From: an uncultured Oscillospiraceae bacterium | Lineage (GTDB): Bacteria > Bacillota > Clostridia > Acetivibrionales > DTU013 | Length of the DNA: 64,000 nucleotides | Direction: 5' to 3' | Assembly (NCBI GenBank): GCA_964512095.1 | Contig: CAZEIH010000001.1 | Coordinates: forward strand, 126,091-190,090 | Shown: positions 1-9,941 of the stretch, piece after piece | Layout: every line of letters begins with the position of its first letter | Position numbering within the stretch: the first letter of the stretch is position 1 | Notes under the pieces: generated by a model | What the model saw: only the letters and a program-made list of their open reading frames with translations | Databases searched by the model: none | Told to the model about the DNA's origin: nothing | Position numbers and translations under genes: made by a program

Positions 1-3000
1 GTCAAAGGGATAAACAGGTAGGCTTATTCTTGCATATTTCCGGTTTCCATAAATCCGCTCCCAATCTACAGCTCCACCCTGCACATAAAGACTGCATAAT
101 TCTTTTCCAAGCCTGCTATTTGCACAATTGGAAGCTATAAACCTCTCGGTTATATCTGCAGTCTGTCTATTAATCTCTGCTCTCCTTTCCTCCAGCTCCA
201 TCACTTGTCCAATATCCTGCACCCTGGACTGCATATCTGTTTCGCCAAAGAAAACATCCTCCATATTTACTTTATTGAGATTAGCCATGTTTAAAGCACT
301 TATCTTTTTGCAAATATCCTTATAGCCATCGAATAGAATAGCAAGCCTTTTGACATGATGTCCTCTTCCTGTGTTAGCCGTAAAACAGATATTACCAAGC
401 ATATTACTGTCCATAACCTTACTGTTAAAAAACTCGTCATATTCGGACACCAGCTTTTCTAAGCTCTCAAGTTTTCCAGCTGATAATGTTAATATATAAG
501 GCATATCTGTCTTTATTTCAGAACTGTAGCTGTCGGGTGCATCCTCCAGAACAAAATGACAATTGGTTCCACCAATACCAAAGGAGCTTACTCCACAGCG
601 TATTGGTGTATTGCTTCCCTTTATACATTTTGATTTTGTGTTTACATAAAATGCTGTTTGAGTAAAGTCAATCTTATCATTAGGCTCGTTAAACTCAATA
701 GAAGGCGGAATTTCTTTATTTTTTAGTGATAAGACCGCCTTTATCAGTCCAATCAGACCAGCACTTTCATACAGATGACCAAAATTCGATTTGACAGAAC
801 CTATAGCACAAAACTGTTTTTTTGATGTAAATTTTGACATTGCTTCCTGAAGACCTTCAACCTCAATGACATCGCCGATTTTTGTTCCTGTTCCATGGGC
901 TTCTATCCATGACAGAGTTTCAGGATTAATTCCCGCATTTCTCCATGCCTTCAAAATAACCTCACTCTGATATCTTGCACTGGGTACAGTAATCCCAACT
1001 GATGCACCATCCTGGTTTACAGCGCTACCCTTTATCACTGCATATATATTGTCTCTATCTACCAGAGCCCGGTTCAAGGGCTTTATCATAACAGCTATAA
1101 CGCCCTCTCCAGTACCTGACCCGTCTGCGTATTTGTCAAAAGTTCTGGTCATATTATCCGATGATTCTATACCAATTTTGTAGTAATCTTTATCACAGGG
1201 AATATAATTGATTCTTGAACTACCCACTACAGCAGCATCACAGTCTCCGTTTTTAATTGCCTGGCAGGCCATATGCAAGGCTACAAGAGATGAAGAGCAC
1301 GCCGTATCTATAACCATACTAGGCCCTTTAACATCCAGAGTGTAGGAAACCCTGTTAGGGATAAGTGCAGAAATGTTTCCAATTGCACAAATGGGAAGTG
1401 ATTCCGGATCTGTATCATGAATCATTTCTTTATATTTATAAAATTCAGAATCGCTAATCTGTCCTACAAATACGCCAATATTTTCTCCCTTAAGCTTATC
1501 TCCGCCATATCCAGAGTCCTCTACTGCATGGATTACAGTTTCCAAAAACATTCTCTGGGCAGGATTCATAAGACCTGCTTCCCTGGGTGAAATCCTGAAG
1601 AAGGAGTAATCAAATTCATCAATGTTTTTCAGGTATGCTCCCTCATAAAACTTAAGGTTTGTATTTTTCTCATCTTTGAACTCCAGGTATCGTTCAATAT
1701 CAGCCTTTCTTGACATAGGAAACTCTGTAGCAAAGCAGATACCGTTGCGTATGCCCTCCCAGAATTCATCAAGCTCATCTACGATAGGCAATGCAGCATT
1801 AATACCAATAATTGCAATGTCCTCATGAGATAACTCTGAAGTATAGCCGCAGGCTGCCACTTCTTGAGACACATCAATATTTTCAGTGTTATTGCTTAAT
1901 CCTCTGATATACTCAGCCAATTTTCTGACTGTTGGATATGTAAACAAATCAGATATCTTTATTATTCCCGGGTAAATATCATCAAGCCTTGAGTGAACAT
2001 TGGTCAGTAATATGGAGTTGCCGCCAAACTCAATTAAATTGTCATCTAAGCCAATACTATCAGTTCCAATAACATTTCTGACTATATGTATTAGAGTTTC
2101 TTCAATCCTATCCTTTGGAATATCCTGATGACCAGCTGATTTAGCAATATCCTTTTCCAATACAGCTATATCATTTAGAACCTTTTCAAATTCATTATTC
2201 CCATAATTGTCAGCAAGCTTATATCTTTCTATTTTACCGCTGGTAGTCTTTGGGATCTTTTTCAAAGGAATTATACTGTCTATTTCCAATCCCATAATCA
2301 AACGAATATGTCTTTTTAGTTGTATAGCCAGAGGAACAAATGCATCCAATGACTTTTTAAAATATACAAAAAGAATGACTATATCTCTGGCCTTTTCAGT
2401 GCTATAGCAGCTACATGCAGCAGTTTCTCCAGGCTTGGTGCCCTCTACCGCTTCGGCCACTCTTTCAATATCATGTGCATAGTAATTCTGACCATGTACA
2501 AATATTACATCCTTTGCCCTGCCTGTGATAATTAGCCGTCCATCCCGGACAAATCCAAGATCTCCGGTATTCAACCAGCCCTCTGAAGATATAGTACCAG
2601 CGGTGGTATCAGTGTCATTATAATATCCCTTTGTAACATTAGTACCCTTGATCTGAACATATCCCACCATGTACTCTCCAAGGACATTATTATACTCATC
2701 ACATATCCGAATGTCACAAAAATCTATAGGGAATCCAAGGTCTACAAATGCCACTGATTGGTCATTCTTTGTATCTGAAACCCTTGCCCTGTCACCAACA
2801 CTTAATGATTTTCTGTCAATATTGACACTAACGAACTTCTCGTTAACAGGCGGGAAGGTAACTGCAAGACTGGCTTCGGCCAGTCCGTATACTGGAAATA
2901 TTACATTGCCTCTAAGCCCATACCTATCCATATAATTTAGAAACTTCTCACATACATCAGTCGAAATAGGCTCTGCTCCATTTAGGATTAGTCGAAGATT

Positions 3001-3879
3001 ACTTAAATCCCAGGTGTACTCATCCTTATTTTCTATCATTTTAATAAGGTACTGATATCCAAAATTAGGAGAAACGGTTATTGTTATTTTATGCTCGCTA
3101 GCCTTTTCCATCCATAGCCAAGGACGTCGAACAAACAAGCTTGTAGGCATGATGTAATGATTTATGGCAAATGACAGAGGTACAAGATGACATCCTATTA
3201 AACCCATATCATGAGTTAGAGGCATCCAGCTTAGCGCTACATCCTCATGTTTCAATTCAATGTTTTTCATAATAGAGAATATATTGGTGGTCAAATTGCT
3301 GTGAGTTAAAACCACACCCTTTGGTGAGCCTGTGGAGCCTGAGGAAAATTGAATAAATGCTATATCATCAGTACTGATTTTTGCTATCTGTCCCTTACTC
3401 TCAGAAGCTTCCAGCTCACTCAACATTATCACACCAGCTTTTATCTGTTGAAAACTACAGTTAATGTCGCAAATCACATCAAAGCTCTCAAGTGCATCTA
3501 ATACATCTGGTGTTGTAACCATGTGAGGATTATTCAGCTTATCCCATACCTTGTATAGTTTTAACTTATGTTCATTATTTTTTCCTACTGTAATTGGAAC
3601 AGGTATAATCCCTCCAAGAATACACGCCCAAAATAGAACAACAAAGGATTCTACATGATCAATCTGCAGAATCAATTCATCACCCCTGGCTACTCCTTTT
3701 GCCTGTAGACCATAAAGGACGCGTAATGCTTTTCTATACAAATCTTCATATGAAATAAAGTGCTCCTCATTCTCACCAAAAATAGAGGTTATACCTTTTC
3801 CCGGTACACCTCGAGCACTTTCAAGAGCCTCAATCAGAGTTGAAAATTTAACTATTTCTGATCCCGCCTTTATTAAAAT
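1..3879 (-). CDS. Hybrid polyketide synthase, N-terminal part: fatty-acyl-AMP-ligase-like adenylation domain, carrier protein, ketosynthase, short post-KS linker. The 3' end runs off the left edge of the window.
   Basis: Own translation of the minus strand; absent from the ORF track because there is no stop in the window. Adenylation motifs FIQFSSGSTGSPKGVVLTH, GWLNTGDLGF, IPKTTSGKIERY. Carrier motif LIEFGGNSILL (Ser codon at 2014-2016). KS motifs VIDTACSSSLVALHMA (Cys codon at 1297-1299), EAHGTGTKIGD, KSNFGHL, GGTNCHFVLED. Ends with ISLPVYPFD at the window edge. The start is ambiguous (ATT 3879 or CTG 3837). Confidence 0.85.
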   Translation of the reverse strand, partial: MLIKAGSEIVKFSTLIEALESARGVPGKGITSIFGENEEHFISYEDLYRKALRVLYGLQAKGVARGDELILQIDHVESFVVLFWACILGGIIPVPITVGKNNEHKLKLYKVWDKLNNPHMVTTPDVLDALESFDVICDINCSFQQIKAGVIMLSELEASESKGQIAKISTDDIAFIQFSSGSTGSPKGVVLTHSNLTTNIFSIMKNIELKHEDVALSWMPLTHDMGLIGCHLVPLSFAINHYIMPTSLFVRRPWLWMEKASEHKITITVSPNFGYQYLIKMIENKDEYTWDLSNLRLILNGAEPISTDVCEKFLNYMDRYGLRGNVIFPVYGLAEASLAVTFPPVNEKFVSVNIDRKSLSVGDRARVSDTKNDQSVAFVDLGFPIDFCDIRICDEYNNVLGEYMVGYVQIKGTNVTKGYYNDTDTTAGTISSEGWLNTGDLGFVRDGRLIITGRAKDVIFVHGQNYYAHDIERVAEAVEGTKPGETAACSCYSTEKARDIVILFVYFKKSLDAFVPLAIQLKRHIRLIMGLEIDSIIPLKKIPKTTSGKIERYKLADNYGNNEFEKVLNDIAVLEKDIAKSAGHQDIPKDRIEETLIHIVRNVIGTDSIGLDDNLIEFGGNSILLTNVHSRLDDIYPGIIKISDLFTYPTVRKLAEYIRGLSNNTENIDVSQEVAACGYTSELSHEDIAIIGINAALPIVDELDEFWEGIRNGICFATEFPMSRKADIERYLEFKDEKNTNLKFYEGAYLKNIDEFDYSFFRISPREAGLMNPAQRMFLETVIHAVEDSGYGGDKLKGENIGVFVGQISDSEFYKYKEMIHDTDPESLPICAIGNISALIPNRVSYTLDVKGPSMVIDTACSSSLVALHMACQAIKNGDCDAAVVGSSRINYIPCDKDYYKIGIESSDNMTRTFDKYADGSGTGEGVIAVMIKPLNRALVDRDNIYAVIKGSAVNQDGASVGITVPSARYQSEVILKAWRNAGINPETLSWIEAHGTGTKIGDVIEVEGLQEAMSKFTSKKQFCAIGSVKSNFGHLYESAGLIGLIKAVLSLKNKEIPPSIEFNEPNDKIDFTQTAFYVNTKSKCIKGSNTPIRCGVSSFGIGGTNCHFVLEDAPDSYSSEIKTDMPYILTLSAGKLESLEKLVSEYDEFFNSKVMDSNMLGNICFTANTGRGHHVKRLAILFDGYKDICKKISALNMANLNKVNMEDVFFGETDMQSRVQDIGQVMELEERRAEINRQTADITERFIASNCANSRLGKELCSLYVQGGAVDWERIYGNRKYARISLPVYPFD

Positions 3880-3884
3880 TTTTG

Positions 3885-4772
3885 TTATCCTTTGATACCG
3901 GAAAGCTGAAGTCCTTCCACTAGATAATTTTCACCATATAGAAATATCAAAAGCATTGGTATCATGTAAAGGGCTGAGGATGCAAATGCAATACCCAGCT
4001 CATTCTTATTTATTGAAGAAAGCATTATGGATAATGGATAATCCTTCAATTCCCTGAGAAAAACCAAAGGCTGCTCAACAATATTCCAATTATCAATAAA
4101 CAGCAAGATTACTAATGAAGCAATACCTGTTTTAGTCATAGGGAGAATAATACTGAAAAATATGTTTAAGTGACCTCCCCCATCTACCTTCACTGCTTCC
4201 GAGTACTCATCAGGGATGTACATCATGAACTGCCGCAATAAAAAAACTCCAAAGGTAGAGAAAACACCAGGTAATATTATTGATGATAAACGACCTATTA
4301 ATCCAAGCTTATCCGCTACGATATAGTTAGGCACAAGCGTCACCTGGAAGGGCATCAGCATGGTAACGATATAGATGAAAAACAACTGATCCCTAAATCT
4401 AAACTTGAATTTGGAAAATCCATATGCCGCCATTGATGCAATTAATAGCTGTCCTAAAATTATTGGAACCACTATTTTTACAGAATTCCAAAAATAAAAA
4501 AGATAATTATTGTTTTTTATCATAATGTCATAGTATTGCTCTATAACAACAATTTGAGGTATAAATTTAAATATACTGAAATCATCAGCCTTAATGTCGT
4601 CCCCCCCCATATATACATTGGAATTGACAGCTTTATAGGCATCAAATATCTCATCCTCCGACATAAAGGAATTAGTCATTGTAACTATTATTGGCAATAG
4701 AAAGGCCAGGGCAACGATACCTATAACAAATGTTAATGCTGCTTTTTTAACTTTTCGTTTTGCATTACGCAT
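3885..4772 (-). CDS. Carbohydrate-type ABC transporter permease (MalG-like, CUT1 family)
   Basis: 295-aa ORF with multiple TM segments and an EAA-loop-like motif SEAVKVDGGGHLNIFFSIILPM. Adjacent to a second permease and a binding protein. Confidence 0.8.
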   Translation of the reverse strand: MRNAKRKVKKAALTFVIGIVALAFLLPIIVTMTNSFMSEDEIFDAYKAVNSNVYMGGDDIKADDFSIFKFIPQIVVIEQYYDIMIKNNNYLFYFWNSVKIVVPIILGQLLIASMAAYGFSKFKFRFRDQLFFIYIVTMLMPFQVTLVPNYIVADKLGLIGRLSSIILPGVFSTFGVFLLRQFMMYIPDEYSEAVKVDGGGHLNIFFSIILPMTKTGIASLVILLFIDNWNIVEQPLVFLRELKDYPLSIMLSSINKNELGIAFASSALYMIPMLLIFLYGENYLVEGLQLSGIKG

Positions 4773-4807
4773 TTGTACTCCCCCCCTCTAATCTCAACCT
4801 ACATTTA

Positions 4808-5683
4808 CTATATTATTGCTTTGCTGATTTTTCTCTCAGCCCTAAACAGTACAAATACTAGTATATAAATAACAAATCCCATTACAAACGCCGCCGACGT
4901 CAGCTTTTGATAGTCTAAAGCCGCAAAGGTGTTATTCATATAATGCTGAAGCATATAGATACTATCATGGGGGTAATCCCCTGACGTTAGATATATCTCC
5001 CTGAAAACCTTGAATGAATTAATAATGGACATTATAAAAACAAAAAATGTCGTAGGTGTTAAATATACCAAAGTAATTTTTGTAAACTTTTTAAATGAAC
5101 TGGCACCGTCTATATCCGCGGATTCATAGTACTGCCTGGGGATATTCTGCAATCCGGCAAGAAAAAGGACTAGATTATACCCGATATTTTTCCACAAATA
5201 TATAACCAGAACAACTACAACAGACCATTTGGTATTCATCCAATCAACTGCTTCTACTTCGAAAGCCGATAGTATGCTATTTGCCATTCCCTTCTCATGA
5301 AATAATATCTGCCAAAACATAACGACCGATGCCACCGGAACAACCAATGGCGAAACTAAAACGGTTCTGAGTACATTCCGAAAATGAATATCCTTATTGA
5401 TTAGTAAAGCCAGCATCAGCGATATAAGCATAATAGAAGGTACACAGATGCCAGTGAAAAACAATGTGTTGGATGCCGCCTTTCTAAAGCTTTCGCTTTG
5501 AAACAATTGAATGTAGTTTGCCACGCCAACAAAGTTTCTTGAGAAGGCATTGTCAATAAATGAATAGTATATGCCTAAAATGTACGGGAGCAGATAGAAT
5601 ACTAGAAAACCCGCAACACTGGGACCTATAAATATAGCCAGCCAAATCCTATTCTGCCATTTTGAGCCAATGTTCAAAATCAC
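4808..5683 (-). CDS. Carbohydrate-type ABC transporter permease (MalF-like)
   Basis: 291-aa polytopic ORF. ESADIDGASSFKKFTKITLV is an EAA-like loop. Confidence 0.8.
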   Translation of the reverse strand: MILNIGSKWQNRIWLAIFIGPSVAGFLVFYLLPYILGIYYSFIDNAFSRNFVGVANYIQLFQSESFRKAASNTLFFTGICVPSIMLISLMLALLINKDIHFRNVLRTVLVSPLVVPVASVVMFWQILFHEKGMANSILSAFEVEAVDWMNTKWSVVVVLVIYLWKNIGYNLVLFLAGLQNIPRQYYESADIDGASSFKKFTKITLVYLTPTTFFVFIMSIINSFKVFREIYLTSGDYPHDSIYMLQHYMNNTFAALDYQKLTSAAFVMGFVIYILVFVLFRAERKISKAII

Positions 5684-5703
5684 TCATCCCTTCTGCTTTA
5701 TAC

Positions 5704-7080
5704 TTATTCATCAAGATATAATTGTACCTTCCTTTGAATATTCCTTGCGATATCCTCCGCATCTTTCTCACTAAATAAAAAGCTTTTTGAAAATAAAGGT
5801 CCAATTTCTTTTATAACAATAGACTCTATGCGCATGTCACTGTACTGGTACGTATTTATATTATTAATATAGTTATCAATGAAATTTAGTTCATCCTCTG
5901 TAAACCTGATAGCTATCCAGCCCGCCAACTCATCACGTACTCTCCAGTCAAGATTCAATGTTGACTCTTCCTGTCTCTCCATGGCTTCACGGTGTATTGG
6001 GAACCCGGAAGTACCGGCAAAATTCGCATATTTGAATTGAATATCTCTCGACAACAGAATCTTAACAAAATCCCATGCCAGCTCTTTATTTGGCGATGTG
6101 TTGATAATACCAAGCATCAGGTTTGAATCAAAGGAATACTCATCATTTTCTCCTAAGGCAGGAAGTCTAAAAAACACCCGATCACCGCCGCCCAGTGAAT
6201 ATTTGAAGCCTAGTAAAGCTCTATAGCCTTCAAGGGGTCCTCCACTAAATGCAACCTCCTGTGAGTTCTTGTATGGAATCTCCTGAAATAGCTTAATTTG
6301 CGTATGTGTGAGATTATCATCGGAAATACTTTTTAGTGATCTTAAAAGCTCAATAAATTCTGGAGTGTCAAAATATGCCTTCTTATTTTCATAATCAATA
6401 AAGTTCCCTGTATTTATGAAAAGCTTTGCAACACCATCCATGGGCATTTGGGGAAGAGCATACCTGTCCATTGTTCCATCACCATTCAGGTCTTTAGTTA
6501 CTTGTCTTGAAATATTAATAAAATCAGATGCCTTCCATGTATCATCATCTATTACAATACCCTCATCATCCAGGATTTCCTTGGAACCGATTACACCGGC
6601 TAATGAGAATTTGAAGGGTATTGCATACAAGGTTCCATTATATCTACCGGCTTCCACAACATTTGTAATCAGTGAGTCATAATCGAAGCTTTCATCTGAC
6701 TCTATCATTTCTCCTAAATCAGCAAAGATGCTTTTTCTATAGTATTTCATAGCAGGTAAGTATGTAATGGGGACTATGTCAGGACCCTTCCCTGCCATTA
6801 GCTCAGTGTTTATAACACTTACATATCTCTCGATATCATAACCCATTTTAGACATATCATTTATGTCCACTGTTGCATCAGGATGCATTTTTTCAAATAC
6901 CTTAACAGCATTATTTATTATACCTTCATCTGTTTTTGACAAATAAGCACAGGTGAAGGTAATCACATTTCTTCCTTGTTCGTCTACTCTTCTTGTGTTT
7001 AGTTCCCCCTCACCGCATGAAGTTAGTAATGTTACAAATACAAGTAATACACTAAAAATACACATTTTCTTATAAAGCAT
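5704..7080 (-). CDS. Extracellular solute-binding lipoprotein (family 1-like)
   Basis: 458 aa with a signal peptide and lipobox LLTSC. RBS GGAGGAGGGG upstream. Sits in an SBP-permease-permease arrangement. Confidence 0.75.
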   Translation of the reverse strand: MLYKKMCIFSVLLVFVTLLTSCGEGELNTRRVDEQGRNVITFTCAYLSKTDEGIINNAVKVFEKMHPDATVDINDMSKMGYDIERYVSVINTELMAGKGPDIVPITYLPAMKYYRKSIFADLGEMIESDESFDYDSLITNVVEAGRYNGTLYAIPFKFSLAGVIGSKEILDDEGIVIDDDTWKASDFINISRQVTKDLNGDGTMDRYALPQMPMDGVAKLFINTGNFIDYENKKAYFDTPEFIELLRSLKSISDDNLTHTQIKLFQEIPYKNSQEVAFSGGPLEGYRALLGFKYSLGGGDRVFFRLPALGENDEYSFDSNLMLGIINTSPNKELAWDFVKILLSRDIQFKYANFAGTSGFPIHREAMERQEESTLNLDWRVRDELAGWIAIRFTEDELNFIDNYINNINTYQYSDMRIESIVIKEIGPLFSKSFLFSEKDAEDIARNIQRKVQLYLDE

Positions 7081-8557
7081 GATACCCCTCCTCCACTAAC
7101 GCTGCTTTCTTTATTTGTGTCTTCAGAAGACGCTGACCTCTATAGGTCGGCGATGAATGAAGACGAATATATGTATAAACCACACTGGTAGATATATAGC
7201 CCCATATCACACAAATACTCTTAAGCTTTACTTGATATGGCAGTCCCATCATAGCTGACAAAAGAATTGCTAGAATTATTGATGCAACGAAAAAGCAACT
7301 ACTGAGGACAGCTACCCTGGTAACTTGTGTATTTCCCTGAAAGAATTGATAGATACCTATATGAAACCCAGGGATTCCAATAATGATAGCAAGAAAGAAG
7401 AGTACATTTGTTAGCTTTTCTGATATTTCGTACTCAAGCTGAGTATGACTCTTAAGAACATTCAGCTCCTGATTATACTCATATATTTTGCTATCTATTA
7501 AATCCTCATAATACTTAGTATCAATTAGATCATCATGTAAATACTCCTGTGGTATATACAAATCAAATCTCACAGCAAGAATGACCACCACTACTAGCAA
7601 AAGACCAACTAGAGTTTTTATTAATTGTATAGCCAACAGGCGCTTGTTTCCGGAAATGATATCGGATAAATAATTACTTGCTGTCATTGCTTTAATAGTC
7701 TTAAATGTGTTAACCAATGTTCTTTTTATATATGAAACTATGAGTAATACGGTTATAATCCCTATTATTAACAAAATAATCTCAGGCTTTTGCTTAAGCA
7801 TTGTCATATTCTTATTAAAATCAGATATAACATAATTTGGTGCCCATTTTCCTATTGAATAAAGTGCATCACTAACCATATTTTCATTTTCACCTACTAG
7901 AATTTCTGTATCAGTTTTTATAAAAATAGTATCAATCAGTATGCCTTTATCAATCTCCATTAATGTGTTAGCAGGAATGTATATGCTACTCAAGCCATCA
8001 CTTGAGAGCCTTTCAATGATATTCTCATTGCTTCGGTCATCAAGAATCTTGTACTTTTCATACACGCCTACCACTTCAAAGTCTTTGTCGTAAAGTTTAA
8101 CCTCCTGCCCCACAACGTCAGTGCTGTTAAATATCTCCAATGCCAAATTTGCATCTAAAACTACCACATATTTGAGCTCCTCTCCCTTATAGCTAAAGAG
8201 GCTTCCAGATACCATGTCAATATTAACAAAGTTCTTATAATAAGGATTTACACCATATACCTTTGTGTAATAATTTCGGTTGTCTTTTTCTATAGCTGCA
8301 TTAGTTAATGCATAATACCCGATTTCCTCTGTCTCAAGCTCTTCCTCAAGATTTTCTATGTCCCGGGACGAAAAGAGAAGGGCAGGCGTTTTATTTTTAG
8401 CTGTAACACTAGCTTTGCTCATCCCATTGAACCCATTCATATTTAGAATCGCATTGCTTATATTGATATTGATTAATATCGCAGCTACAAGGACGGCTAT
8501 CCCCAGGAATATGAGCAGTATCGGTAACTTTTTCATTCCAGGATTCCTCTCATTCAT
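7070..8557 (-). CDS. Membrane permease, MacB/FtsX-like (tentative)
   Basis: 495 aa: N-terminal TM, a large extracytoplasmic domain, then C-terminal TM bundles. Its start overlaps the HlyD-like gene by 4 nt. The last ~30 codons run through a 46-bp palindromic repeat. Confidence 0.5.
   Translation of the reverse strand: MNERNPGMKKLPILLIFLGIAVLVAAILININISNAILNMNGFNGMSKASVTAKNKTPALLFSSRDIENLEEELETEEIGYYALTNAAIEKDNRNYYTKVYGVNPYYKNFVNIDMVSGSLFSYKGEELKYVVVLDANLALEIFNSTDVVGQEVKLYDKDFEVVGVYEKYKILDDRSNENIIERLSSDGLSSIYIPANTLMEIDKGILIDTIFIKTDTEILVGENENMVSDALYSIGKWAPNYVISDFNKNMTMLKQKPEIILLIIGIITVLLIVSYIKRTLVNTFKTIKAMTASNYLSDIISGNKRLLAIQLIKTLVGLLLVVVVILAVRFDLYIPQEYLHDDLIDTKYYEDLIDSKIYEYNQELNVLKSHTQLEYEISEKLTNVLFFLAIIIGIPGFHIGIYQFFQGNTQVTRVAVLSSCFFVASIILAILLSAMMGLPYQVKLKSICVIWGYISTSVVYTYIRLHSSPTYRGQRLLKTQIKKAALVEEGYHAL
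7119..7164. repeat. 46-bp palindromic element, copy A (GTCTTCA...TGAAGAC outer stem, inner stem CGCTGACC/GGTCGGCG)
   Basis: 41 of 46 positions identical to 9942-9987 by manual alignment. Internal dyad symmetry. Confidence 0.7.
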
Positions 8558-9891
8558 TCTTCCATTTGATATTCTAATAATATACGTCCTTTATCTTTCA
8601 AGGGCTTATCCGTTTTTACTACTATCCGATCATCGGGAGTAATTCCTCCTTCAATGGCTGTTTGATTGTTGTCGGAATCCAGTATATTTACATCTAGAAT
8701 TTCTATATAATTTTCTTTTCCAAGGAATCCATTTCTCTCCATAACCACCCATACATAACCTTGCTCTTCATCAATACCAGGTATTACAGCTGAATTAGGT
8801 ACAAGATAGGTGTAATTCAATGTATCCCTTTCAATGTATATCTGACCCTTTTCCCCGCCACTGATTCTGTCTATCAGCATTTTCACATCTTCAGTATTAG
8901 CTTCAGCATTTTCATCAGTAATCTCTGCGACAATTTCCTTTTTGACACCTTTGAAATTTTTACTCTCTCCAACCCGAACGACCGTCCCAGTCAGTAGATC
9001 CGATCCAAGCGCAATAACCTTAACTGACACCTTATCATCGACTTGAACAAGATCTGCACTATCGATGTCAATGTCTGTAACGAATCTGAAAGAACTATCC
9101 TTGTGTGTAATCGTTAATAGCTTCGTTGTCTTACTGACCCAGTTACCATTGGAGGCATGTATATCCTTTACTACACCATCCACTGGTGAATATATCATGT
9201 AGGAATCATCATCTCCCATTTTCTCCTTATGTATTTTCATGTCCAGCTCAAACCTCTTAATGCTGGACAACTCTTTATTTCTTGATATCTCATACCCCTT
9301 ACTTTTAGTATCATATTCCTTTTTAGCAATCTCATAGCTCAATTCAACATTCTTGTAATTTTCCTGTGATTCTGCGCCAATCTCAAAGAGCTCCTTAACA
9401 GAATTCATTCTTCTTTCTGCCTGCTCATAATTTTTCAATGCAATATCTATCTCAGCCTGAAGACTTAATTGATTTACACCTGCATTATAATCATCCAACA
9501 TTTCCTTATATGCAAGCTCCATTTTCTCATATGTTAGCTCGTCAATTTTTTTCTGTCTTGTCGCCGTATCTCCGTCCACAGGTTCCACTATTGCCAGAAG
9601 ATCACCCTTTGAAACCATATCGCCATATTCTACTTTAATTTCTTTAACCTTGCAGCTTACATCAGAGTCCATATAAATATCAGTAAAGCTTACTGCCTCA
9701 ATATATCCGTCTCCAGTAATCTTTTTCATCAGAGATCCTTCTATCGGATTTTCAGCAGTGACTTTTGGCAACAGAAAGTTATTAATAGTATTAGAAAAAA
9801 ATGTAAGCAAAAAAATCGTTCCAAAAAAAATCAGTATTAGCCTACTAATGGTCTTTTTTTTCATATTATTCGCAACATCAACGTTTGCCAT
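8554..9891 (-). CDS. HlyD-family / efflux adaptor (membrane fusion) protein
   Basis: 445 aa: N-terminal TM, a lipoyl-like segment (VKEIKVEYGDMVSKGDLLAIVEP), a long coiled-coil-like region, and a C-terminal beta-rich domain. Confidence 0.7.
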   Translation of the reverse strand: MANVDVANNMKKKTISRLILIFFGTIFLLTFFSNTINNFLLPKVTAENPIEGSLMKKITGDGYIEAVSFTDIYMDSDVSCKVKEIKVEYGDMVSKGDLLAIVEPVDGDTATRQKKIDELTYEKMELAYKEMLDDYNAGVNQLSLQAEIDIALKNYEQAERRMNSVKELFEIGAESQENYKNVELSYEIAKKEYDTKSKGYEISRNKELSSIKRFELDMKIHKEKMGDDDSYMIYSPVDGVVKDIHASNGNWVSKTTKLLTITHKDSSFRFVTDIDIDSADLVQVDDKVSVKVIALGSDLLTGTVVRVGESKNFKGVKKEIVAEITDENAEANTEDVKMLIDRISGGEKGQIYIERDTLNYTYLVPNSAVIPGIDEEQGYVWVVMERNGFLGKENYIEILDVNILDSDNNQTAIEGGITPDDRIVVKTDKPLKDKGRILLEYQMEE

Positions 9892-9941
9892 ATTGCTATG
9901 ATCCCCCAGTCACACTAAACCTCGTATTGTGTTTTACCTAT

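Noticed and set aside
128-2935. Small plus-strand track ORFs (128-325, 2207-2407, 2669-2935) in the first 3.9 kb
   Set aside because: They are antisense to a continuous minus-strand frame with unmistakable adenylation, carrier and KS motifs, and they have low-complexity composition. They are shadow ORFs.
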